DNA of 32,000 nucleotides from Xanthomonas campestris pv. campestris str. ATCC 33913 (GCF_000007145.1 NC_003902.1:4136497-4168496); one strand, 5' to 3'; numbered from the stretch's first letter, positions 7,309-15,057 are shown. Program-made: numbers and translations. Notes: generated by a model from the sequence alone, not told the origin.

Positions 7309-9063
7309 TTATTGGGTGGTGCTGCGCTTGCCAGGTGCCAGCAGCGCGGCCAATGCCGCATCGCCGCGCTCCTGCGCCAAGGTCGCAGCGGTCTTACCGT
7401 CGCGATTGCGCGCAGCCGGGTCGGCGCCGGCGGCCAGCAAGCGCTTGGCCGTCGCTTCGCGGCCGGAGGCAGCCGCCAGCATCAAGGCGGTGACGCCGGC
7501 CTGGTTGGCGCCACGTACATCGGCGCCGTGCTTCAGCAATGCATCCAGAATGGCCGGGTCCTCGCGCGGTACTGCAAACATCACCGGCGTAAACCCGGTG
7601 CGGTTGGCGCCACGTGCCTTGGCGCCGGCTTTCAGCAACGCCTCAACGACACCGACGTCGGCGTACGACACCGCCAGCTCCAGCGCGTTCCAGCCATCGC
7701 TGGACACGGTGTCCAGTGGCGCGCGGCGGGCGAGCAGCCGTTGCACGCTGTCCGCATCGTTGCCCCAGGCGGCCTTCATCAAGGCCGTCCAGCCGTTGCC
7801 ATCACGCGCGTCAAGGCGTGCGCCGGCGTCGATCAGCAGGCCAACCAGGTCCGGTTCCTGATTGCGGATGGCCTGGTGCAACGGTGGCTCGCCCAGCAGG
7901 TTGGGCTGGTTGGCATCGGCGCCATGGCGTAGCAACCACGCTGCACGCAGCGCATCACCGGCATCCAGCGCGTGGGCCAGTTCCTGGTTCGGATCTGCGC
8001 CATCGGCGATGCGCAGCTGCAGTTGGGCCAGCTCCTGCGAGGACGTCGCGGCATTGGTGCTTTTCGGTGCGGACGCGGGTGTGACATACGGCCCATGCGA
8101 TGCCAGATCGCCGGCCACAATGCAGTCCGCACACCGCACCAGCGGCACGTGATAGCTGCGCAGAATTTCATCGATCTTGGCGGCGCTCTGCTGCAGGGCG
8201 GTGTTCAGCGCATCGCGCAGTGCCGCGTTCTTGCGCGCCACGGCCCAGGCCATCGAATACTCCAGCACCGCATCGTCGATGGTGTTGAGCGGCACCACGC
8301 CAAGGTTGTTGCGTGCGGCGTAGTACCCAGCCACCGGGCCCCAGGATTCGGCCGCATCCAGCTCACCGGCGGCAACGCGCTCGACCAGTTTGCCGGGATG
8401 CTCTTCCGGCGCGGTGGCCGAGTCGTAGAACAGGTATTTCACCTCGCCCGACACGCCATGTTCGTACAAGGCCTGACGGGCAGGCGAACTCTGGAACACG
8501 CCCAGCCGCAGTTTTTTCAGGGCCGGGTCGTCGAGCGAGGTGGGTACCAGGTCCAGGCCCTTGCGCGTGACCAGCACATAGGGCGAGCGATACAGCGGCC
8601 GTGTGGTCAGGCCCATTTCGAAATCGCTGTTGAGGTCCATCAACACATCGCAGCGGCCGGCATTGATGGTGCTGCGTGCCAGACCGCGCTGGTAATAGGT
8701 GCGCCATTCGTATTCCAGCCGGCGGCCCATGGCCTCGGCCACGACCTGCGCAATCTTGTTCTGGAAGCCTTCGCCAGCCTTGTTGGACAGCGGCATGTTG
8801 CCGGGGTCCGCGCATACGCGCAGCACCGACGGATCGGCGGCGGGTGGAGGCGTGGACGCTGGCGCCGGCGACGCAGTGGGCGTGGCCGGCGCAGCATCGG
8901 AATGAGAAGCGCGAGCCGTCGGTGAGGACGGCTCGCGTGTGCAACCTGCGGCGACGAGTCCGAGGCTGCACCCCACCAGCACCATGCACAGGTGCCGGGT
9001 GAGGCCACGCACGCCGGCAGTGACCTGCCGGTGTGCGTGCCGAACGCCTTGCAGATGCGTCAT
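7309..9063 (-). CDS. quinoprotein-dehydrogenase-associated MoxJ/XoxJ-like periplasmic binding protein fused to C-terminal ankyrin repeats
   Basis: 584 codons from ATG 9063, which forms an ATGA overlap with the dehydrogenase stop (alternative start 8985). The lipoprotein-like signal is LVAAGC. The SBP-fold part reads VLRVCADPGNMPLS...YVLVTRKG. Five to six ANK repeats occupy about 7312-8037. Confidence 0.85.
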   Translation of the reverse strand: MTHLQGVRHAHRQVTAGVRGLTRHLCMVLVGCSLGLVAAGCTREPSSPTARASHSDAAPATPTASPAPASTPPPAADPSVLRVCADPGNMPLSNKAGEGFQNKIAQVVAEAMGRRLEYEWRTYYQRGLARSTINAGRCDVLMDLNSDFEMGLTTRPLYRSPYVLVTRKGLDLVPTSLDDPALKKLRLGVFQSSPARQALYEHGVSGEVKYLFYDSATAPEEHPGKLVERVAAGELDAAESWGPVAGYYAARNNLGVVPLNTIDDAVLEYSMAWAVARKNAALRDALNTALQQSAAKIDEILRSYHVPLVRCADCIVAGDLASHGPYVTPASAPKSTNAATSSQELAQLQLRIADGADPNQELAHALDAGDALRAAWLLRHGADANQPNLLGEPPLHQAIRNQEPDLVGLLIDAGARLDARDGNGWTALMKAAWGNDADSVQRLLARRAPLDTVSSDGWNALELAVSYADVGVVEALLKAGAKARGANRTGFTPVMFAVPREDPAILDALLKHGADVRGANQAGVTALMLAAASGREATAKRLLAAGADPAARNRDGKTAATLAQERGDAALAALLAPGKRSTTQ

Positions 9064-9363
9064 CGTGCGGTCTTCGCTGCTGCGTTGGCGGTGCCGCCAC
9101 CTGCGGCCGCCGTGGCGGTCGCACTGGCGGTCACGGTCTTGCCTGCACCATCGATGCGGAAGGTATGCACCATGCCGCCGAGCGGGATCTTGTCGAAACC
9201 GGCGCCAAACGCCAGCCCGGCAGCACCCAGCGCGCCGTACGGATCCGCCGGATCCAGACCTGCCGCCACCGGCAACCCAATCCAGCCGCCGATGCCGGAG
9301 AACACCGCCACGTACTGGTGGCCATTGGCCTTGTAGGCGATCGGGTTGCCGATGATGCCGGAG
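9060..9363 (-). pseudogene. PQQ-dependent alcohol dehydrogenase, C-terminal fragment (about 100 codons) left of the IS3 insertion
   Basis: The frame reads S-GIIGNPIAYKANGHQYVAVFSGIGGWIGLP..., the last propeller blade of PQQ-ADHs. It joins in frame to 10598 when the IS and one GAG copy are removed. Confidence 0.9.
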
Positions 9364-9389
9364 TGATACGCCCAGGGTTCCGTAGACAC

Positions 9390-10244
9390 TCAAGACCCTC
9401 GTTGCGCGTAGCGCCGTTCAAACTCTACAGGTGACAGGTCGCCAGTTGAACCGTGGCGGCGGTTGGGGTTGTAGAACATCTCGATGTAGTCGAATACCTC
9501 GGCGCGAGCGGCGTCCTTGGTGGGATAGGTCAGCCGCCTGATCCGCTCGCGTTTGAGCAGGCCGAAGAAGCTCTCCACGGGTGCGTTGTCGTGGCAGTTG
9601 CCACGCCGACTCATGCTGCACACCAAGCCATGGGACGCCAGGAAACTGCGCCAGTCATCGCTGGTGTAGACAGACCCTTGGTCCGAATGAACCAAGCAAC
9701 CAGCGTTGGGTTTGCGCCGCCACACCGCAGACAACACCGCCTGCACGACCAACTCGGTGTCGGCCCGATCGCGCATCGCCCAGCCGACGACCTGCCTGGA
9801 AAACAGATCGATCACAACAGCCAAATACATCCAGCCTTCATGCGTGCGGATGAAGGTGAAATCGCTCGCCCAGGCCGTGTCCGGCTCCGTCACGTCGAAC
9901 TGTCGGTCAAGCAGGTTGGCCGCCGCCTTGCACTGCATTCCTCCATGGAAGCGCGGTTTGCGACCATAGCCCACCTGGGCACGCAGTCCCTCGGTGCGCA
10001 TCAGCCGATGCACCCGATGACGACTACAACGCTCACCCAGATCGCGCAGATCCGTGGTGATCTTGCGATGCCCATAGACACTGCCGCTGGCCAGCCAGTG
10101 GTGCTTGATTAGTCCAAGCAAGCGATCATCTTCCTTGGCGCGCTCACTGTTGGGCGAGCACAACCAGGCGTAATAACCCGACCGGTTGACCCGCAATACC
10201 CGGCACATTGCACACACCCTGAATTCCTCGCAGTGGGCTTGCAT
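9390..10244 (-). CDS. IS3-family transposase OrfB (integrase/DDE domain)
   Basis: 284 aa with rve-type motifs (WASDFTFIRT, VHSDQGSVYTS, GNCHDNAPVESFFGLLKRE). It is probably made as an OrfAB fusion by a -1 frameshift. Confidence 0.95.
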   Translation of the reverse strand: MQAHCEEFRVCAMCRVLRVNRSGYYAWLCSPNSERAKEDDRLLGLIKHHWLASGSVYGHRKITTDLRDLGERCSRHRVHRLMRTEGLRAQVGYGRKPRFHGGMQCKAAANLLDRQFDVTEPDTAWASDFTFIRTHEGWMYLAVVIDLFSRQVVGWAMRDRADTELVVQAVLSAVWRRKPNAGCLVHSDQGSVYTSDDWRSFLASHGLVCSMSRRGNCHDNAPVESFFGLLKRERIRRLTYPTKDAARAEVFDYIEMFYNPNRRHGSTGDLSPVEFERRYAQRGS

Positions 10245-10261
10245 GAAGGCGTACTTTGCCT

Positions 10262-10555
10262 TTACCCCTTGGCAAAGTACGCGGCGGCCTTTTTTAGGAT
10301 GTCGCGCTCCTCGGTCACTCGACGCAACTCTGCCTTCAGCCGCCGAACCTCGGCGCTCTGGTCCACCTCGGCGCGATGCACCACGCCAGACTTGCCGAAC
10401 GTGCGCAGCCAGGCGTACAGGCTGTGCGTGGTGACACCCAGCCGCTCGGCGACTTCTGCCACCTTGAACCCACGATCAGTCACTTGCCGGACCGCCTCGA
10501 TCTTGAACTCATCCGTATATCGCTTGCTGCTCATAGACACCTCCGAATCGACCAT
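10262..10555 (-). CDS. IS3-family transposase OrfA (HTH)
   Basis: The product reads KRYTDEFKIEAVRQV...VAEVAERLGVTTHSLYAWLR...LKAELRRVTEERDILKKAAAYFAK. The likely true start is the internal ATG at 10534, preceded by GGAGG. Confidence 0.95.
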   Translation of the reverse strand: MVDSEVSMSSKRYTDEFKIEAVRQVTDRGFKVAEVAERLGVTTHSLYAWLRTFGKSGVVHRAEVDQSAEVRRLKAELRRVTEERDILKKAAAYFAKG

Positions 10556-10597
10556 TTTCCATGGCCTTGAGATGTCTAGGAAACCCTGGGCGTATCA

Positions 10598-12315
10598 GAG
10601 GGCAACTTCATCTCCCACAGCTTCTTGCCGGTGTCCTTGTCCACTGCGCGGAACCAGCCGTCCAGCGTGCCGTAGAACACCAGCCCGCCATCGGTGACCA
10701 GGGTGCCGCTCCACACCGGGAACTTCTCCTTGATCTCCCACTTGGACTTGCCTTCCACCACGTCGAACGCCTTGACAATGCCCAGTGCGCCGGGCTCGTT
10801 GGGCTTCATCATCACGTTGGCGAACACATACGGCAGGCCCATCATGGTGTTGCCGCGTTCCTGCGGCTCAAGCTCCATGTGCCAGTTGTTGGTGCCGCAG
10901 AAGAACACCGCCGAATTGGCCGGATCCACCGAGCACGGCTGCTGGTCCTTGCCGCCCATTGCCGACGGGAACGCCTGCACTTTCTTGCCGCGTTCCAGTG
11001 GCGAATGCGCAGCCACCTTCACCGGGCGGCCGGTCTTCATGTCGATGCGTTCGGCCCAGTTGGCCGGCACGAACTTGTGCGCGCGCAGCAGCGTGCCATC
11101 GCGGCGATCGAGCACGTAGGCAAAGCCGTTGCGATCGAACTGCACCACCGAGGGAACTTCCTTGCCGTCGATGGTCAGGTCGACCAGGATCGGCTCGTTG
11201 ATACCGTCGTAATCCCACTGGTCGAACGGGGTTTTCTGGTAGCCCCACACCGCTTCGCCGGTGTCGATCTTGCGGGCGAACAAGGTCATCGACCACTTGT
11301 TGTCATGCTCGCCGTTGTTGCATTCCTCATGCGAGGTCTTGCCGCAGCGGTACGACGGGCTCCACAGCCCCGGGTTGCCGGTGCCGTAGTAGAGCAACTT
11401 CAGCTTCGGGTCGTAGCTGTACCAGCCCCAGGCCGCACCGCCGCCGCGCTTCCATTCGTCGTTGGGAAAGGTCTTCACGCCCAGGTCGCCGAGCTGCCCA
11501 TGTTGCGGGTTGGCCTTGTTGAAATCGGCGCCCAGGCAGATGGATTTGTCGGTGCCGGCCGCATCGCAGGACCACGCCTGCTTACCATCGGCCAGGTTGT
11601 AGGCGGCCACGCGCCCAAGCACGCCGAACTCGTTGCCGCTGATGCCGGCGATCACTTTGCCGTCGGCAATGATCGGCGCCATGGTGATGGTTTCGCCCTT
11701 GTCGGGGTGGCCAAGTTTCTGCTTCCACACTTCCTTGCCGGTCTTGGCATCGAGCGCGATCACATCGCCACTCAGGCTGCCGAACACCAGCTTGCCATCG
11801 GCATACGATGCGCCGCGGTTGACCGTGTCGCAGCACGCCACTGCCACCGAGCGTTCGTCCTGCTGCGGGGTGTATTTCCACAACACCTTGCCGCCGTCGT
11901 CCTGCGATGCCAGATCGATCGCGTACACGTTGTTGGGATACGCGCTGACCATGTACATGATGCTGCCGATCACCAGCGGTTGGCCTTCGTGGCCGCGCGT
12001 GGCGTCGGTCTTCATTTCCCACGACATCTTGAGGTTCTTGACGTTGTCGCGATTGATCTCCGCCAACGGGCTGTGGCGGGTCAAGGCGAAGTCGCGACCG
12101 ACACCGCCCCAGTTATCCGGGTTGCTGGCGTTGGTGGTGAATTCGCCATCGGTATCGACCACTGCGGCCGCCGGCGCCGCTGCGGCAGGTGCCGCCGTTT
12201 GCGCAGGAGCGGCAGGTTCGGCCGGCGTGTCTTTCTTGCAGCCGGCCAGCACAGCGCTCAGTGCAAGCATGAGCAACACGCCGCCACGCGCGCTGCGACA
12301 GGAAGATTGGTGCAT
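10598..12315 (-). pseudogene. PQQ-dependent methanol/ethanol-family dehydrogenase (XoxF/PedH-like), N-terminal 573 codons, interrupted by IS3
   Basis: Start ATG 12315 is preceded by GAGAGGGG and followed by lipobox AVLAGC. The sequence has the vicinal Cys pair ACCD, the W-D-Y-D-G motif (11217-11203) and multiple W-docking propeller repeats. The reading frame runs into the IS end after ...KLWEMKLPS. Confidence 0.92.
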
Positions 12316-12422
12316 TGCGTCTACCCCTCTCGATTGAACAACCCGCTGGTTGAAGCATCCCGAGGCGCCGGCGTGACAGCGGCCGATCGCATCGCAGACG
12401 TCGGAAACGTCGAGGGAGATAG

Positions 12423-12438
12423 AGCAAAGCCCATGCCA
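12423..12438 (-). promoter_or_regulatory. sigma-54 (-24/-12) promoter candidate for the dehydrogenase operon
   Basis: The minus strand reads TGGCAT-GGGCT-TTGCT with correct GG-N10-GC spacing, 108 nt upstream of ATG 12315. A sigma-54 activator gene lies at the other end of the cluster. Confidence 0.6.
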
Positions 12439-12478
12439 GTGCACTGGTGCGCTGCACCACGTCGCGCTGACGCGGCTT

Positions 12479-12989
12479 TCACGTTGGTGACGCGGGCTTG
12501 TCCATCGGAGGTGTCACGGATATGGCACAGTTTGCGCCGTGCGTGCTGTGACACGGATGGAGCAGTTCGATATAGGAGGCTTGCGGATGGCCGTTATGGC
12601 GGGGCGTGGTGCCGGCCATTTCCGCCATCTCCTCCAGTCGCTGATTTCGCCGAGTAGCACGATTGGGAAGCACTCCACGGTGTGCGCATGCCATTCGGGC
12701 GCGGGATCACATCCAGGCGCGAAGCCGATGTCCAGCAGCCAATCGCCCAAACGGCGGCCAGGTGCGCCTCCTCGCCGGACAGCTGCATCGATGCCAGCGG
12801 TGCGGCGGCGAAGCGGCGAGGCGGGCTTCGCCCTAGATGCATCACGGACAGCCTGGCCGGACAACGCCAACCGCTGGCGACATGGGTGGCCGGTGCGTTG
12901 CCGACCGACGCCTGCGCATTGCCGGCCAGTGTGTCGATCGACGACCTTCGCCGCCTGTTCGCCGACCCGGCCTGCAGTTCCTGCGCCAT
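12479..12989 (-). pseudogene. possible degraded gene (cupin-like fragment) read across three frames
   Basis: Protein-like stretches appear in successive minus frames: ...SMQLSGEEAHLAA / LGDWLLDIGFAPGCDPAPEWHAHTVECFPIVLLGEISDW / LEEMAEMAGTTPRHNGHPQASYIELLHP. No single intact frame exists. The evidence is weak. Confidence 0.25.
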
Positions 12990-13153
12990 CGCCCGGGCGT
13001 GCGGCTGCCGGACCCGGCCGGCGAAGCCACTGCAACGATCTATCTCTAACGAGCTCTTTGCCGAAAGTCGCCCTAGGAATTAGTCAGCGAAGCCCGGGAC
13101 GTCCAGGCGTCGAATCAGCATCAGCTACCGCGCCTGACCAGCAAGACGGGAGG

Positions 13154-13777
13154 CTAACCCTGCCACTGCGCCAGCAGCTGCGCGCAGTCGCGCAAGCGCC
13201 AATCGGCCAGGCCGGGCCACGGGTCGCCCGGCGTGTTGACCAGGACGGTGCAGGCACCCACCGCGCGGCCGCAGGCCAGGTCATTGCAGTGGTCGCCCAC
13301 CATCACCAGCGCGCTGCCTTCCACCGCCCAGCGGCGTGCGAAGTACTGCAATCCGTCCGGTGCGGGCTTGGGTGCGGCCTCGTCGCGGCCGACGATGTCG
13401 TCCCAGGCAAAGGCATCGCCCAGCCCGAGCGCCTGCAAGGTCACCTGCGCCAGCGTGCGGGCATTGCGCGTCAGCAGGCCCAGCCGGCAGCCGCTTGCCT
13501 GCAGCGCACGCACCAGCGCCACCGCGCCCGGCGCAGCACGCGCGCCTTCGGCCAGCGCGCGCTCGTGCTCCAGCAGCCAGGCGTGCTTGGCCTGCGACTG
13601 CGCCGCAGGCAAGGCGGCCAGGTGATGCAGGATGTCCGCCTCGGGCGGGATCTGCAGTTCTTTGCGGATCAGCGCGAAGTCGTGCACGGCCTCGGTCAGC
13701 GTGCCGTCCATGTCGAATACCCAATGCCGGCAGCTGCGCAAGGCCGGTGCAGCCCCTGCCGGAACGGTGCCATCCAT
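13154..13777 (-). CDS. HAD-superfamily hydrolase (phosphoglycolate phosphatase-like)
   Basis: 207 aa with motif I FDMDGTL, LTRN, and a C-terminal GDHCNDLACG (motif III/IV). Confidence 0.85.
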   Translation of the reverse strand: MDGTVPAGAAPALRSCRHWVFDMDGTLTEAVHDFALIRKELQIPPEADILHHLAALPAAQSQAKHAWLLEHERALAEGARAAPGAVALVRALQASGCRLGLLTRNARTLAQVTLQALGLGDAFAWDDIVGRDEAAPKPAPDGLQYFARRWAVEGSALVMVGDHCNDLACGRAVGACTVLVNTPGDPWPGLADWRLRDCAQLLAQWQG

Positions 13778-13780
13778 GCG

Positions 13781-14500
13781 CTATTTCCAGCCCGGCAGTT
13801 GGGTGGTATCCAGCCCGCCCACCTCGAACTCGGCGGTGCGCGTGCCGCCGGCCTTGACCGGGAACGCGATGCTGATGCGCTTGGCGCCGCGCACCAGTTT
13901 CCACAGCGCCTTGTCGTCGTCGATAAACATGGCGATTGCCTCGTCGGTATCGGGGCGATGTGCCGCCATCGGGCGCGCGGCGCCACCGTCCACCGACACC
14001 TGCACCTTGCAGCCGCGGTAGCAATTGAAGTCGCCGGCCTTCAGCACGAGATAGCTGTGGCGCTTCCACTGCGGATGGTCGCGAAACACCAGGCTCACCG
14101 GCTTGGGGCCGCTGCCATCCACATCCACGCGCTGCTTGGCATCGATCATCGCCGAGCGCTGCGTGCCGCCCTTGGCCGGCACCTGCGAGTACTGCCACAG
14201 CGCCTGCATGCGGCGCAGCTCGCGCGCCTGCTCGCCCTTGGCCTTGATCTCGGCATAGCCGGCCTCCACGCGGGTAGCGGCCGGCGTGCCGGCGTAGCCT
14301 TCCAGCAGGGCGGCGCCATGCGCGCGCGCCATGTCCCAGTTCTGTGCCTGCACCGCTGCGTCGTACTGCTTGGCCAATGCCTCGGCCTCGTGTTCCTTGG
14401 CCTGCGCCTGCGCGGCTTCCTGCGCCTGGCGTTGCGCCTCGCGATCGGTGCAGCCACTCAGCGCCGCGACGCACAGGGCCGCACTCAACAGATATTTCAT
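13781..14500 (-). CDS. hypothetical lipoprotein
   Basis: 239 aa with signal and lipobox MKYLLSAALCVAALSGC and high GC3. Its stop lies 3 nt before the HAD start. No family was recognised. Confidence 0.7.
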   Translation of the reverse strand: MKYLLSAALCVAALSGCTDREAQRQAQEAAQAQAKEHEAEALAKQYDAAVQAQNWDMARAHGAALLEGYAGTPAATRVEAGYAEIKAKGEQARELRRMQALWQYSQVPAKGGTQRSAMIDAKQRVDVDGSGPKPVSLVFRDHPQWKRHSYLVLKAGDFNCYRGCKVQVSVDGGAARPMAAHRPDTDEAIAMFIDDDKALWKLVRGAKRISIAFPVKAGGTRTAEFEVGGLDTTQLPGWK

Positions 14501-14620
14501 CGTCGACTCCAGGGCAAATTCAATGGCAACGATACCAGCCTGCCCCGATGGAATTGATCAAGGGCATGGGCGTATCGCGGTGACCGCAGCGCCCGCGATC
14601 AGACGGGGCGACCAAGCACC

Positions 14621-15057
14621 ATAGGAGCGCACTTGTGGGCGATCGGGCTTTACCGGGAACGCCTCATCGCGCACAAGCGCGCTCCTACGGGGCGTGGAGC
14701 GTTTGAGGATGCGGCGTTGCGTGCGCAGAGGAGCCCACGCTCTCGTAGGAGCGCACTTGTGCGCGATCGGGCTTCACCGGGAATGCTTCATCGCGCGCGA
14801 GCGCGCTCCTACGGAGCGTGCAGCGTTTGAGGGTGCGGCATTGCCTGCGCAGAGGGGCCAACGCTCTCGTAGGAGCGCACTTGTGCGCGATGGGCTTTAT
14901 CGGGAACGCGGCATCGCGCGCGAGCGCGCTCCTACGGAGCGTGCAGCGTTTGAGGATGCGGCGTTGCCTGCGCAGAGGGCCCACGCTCTCGTAGGAGCGC
15001 ACTTGTGCGCGATGGGCTTTACCGGGAACGCCTCATCGCGCGCTAGCGCGCTCCTAC
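14621..15057. repeat. tandem array of GTAG-type REP units (3 full ~123-bp units plus a terminal REP)
   Basis: Unit starts are at 14621, 14745, 14869 and 14991 (periods 124, 124, 122). Each unit has a REP hairpin (GTAGGAGCGCACTTGTGCGCGAT...ATCGCGCGCGAGCGCGCTCCTAC) and a second hairpin (GAGCGTG...CACGCTC). Confidence 0.9.

Larger units (their letters stand above)
9364..10597 (-). mobile_element. IS3-family insertion sequence, copy 1 (1234 bp)
   Basis: The ends read TGATACGCCCAGGG...CCCTGGGCGTATCA (imperfect ~30-bp IRs, TG..CA termini). A 3-bp direct duplication GAG lies at 9361-9363 and 10598-10600. orfA/orfB carry the A AAA AAG slippery site (10289-10295 on the plus strand). Confidence 0.95.

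Noticed and set aside
7309-9393. N-terminal extensions of several ORF-track entries: 7309-9393, 6642-7361, 15126-17612, 18231-20762, 20645-21817, 25057-25920, 28608-29885, 29273-30238, 2063-4495 and 10576-12444.
   Set aside because: The extensions are low-complexity Arg/Gly-rich and overlap the upstream gene or an IS. Downstream ATGs with Shine-Dalgarno sequences, signal peptides or ATGA coupling give products that match family N-termini.
12523-12536. A second sigma-54-like motif, TGGCACAGTTTGCG, on the plus strand.
   Set aside because: The GG-to-GC spacing is 2 nt too short for a -24/-12 promoter, and no gene follows it on the plus strand.
14621-15057. Possible CRISPR array or repeat-protein gene (ORF 14685-15002 encodes a repeated peptide).
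   Set aside because: The whole 123-bp unit is repeated, including the would-be spacers, so it is not CRISPR. The repeats are palindromic REPs. The ORF has no start context, and its periodicity simply mirrors the DNA repeat.
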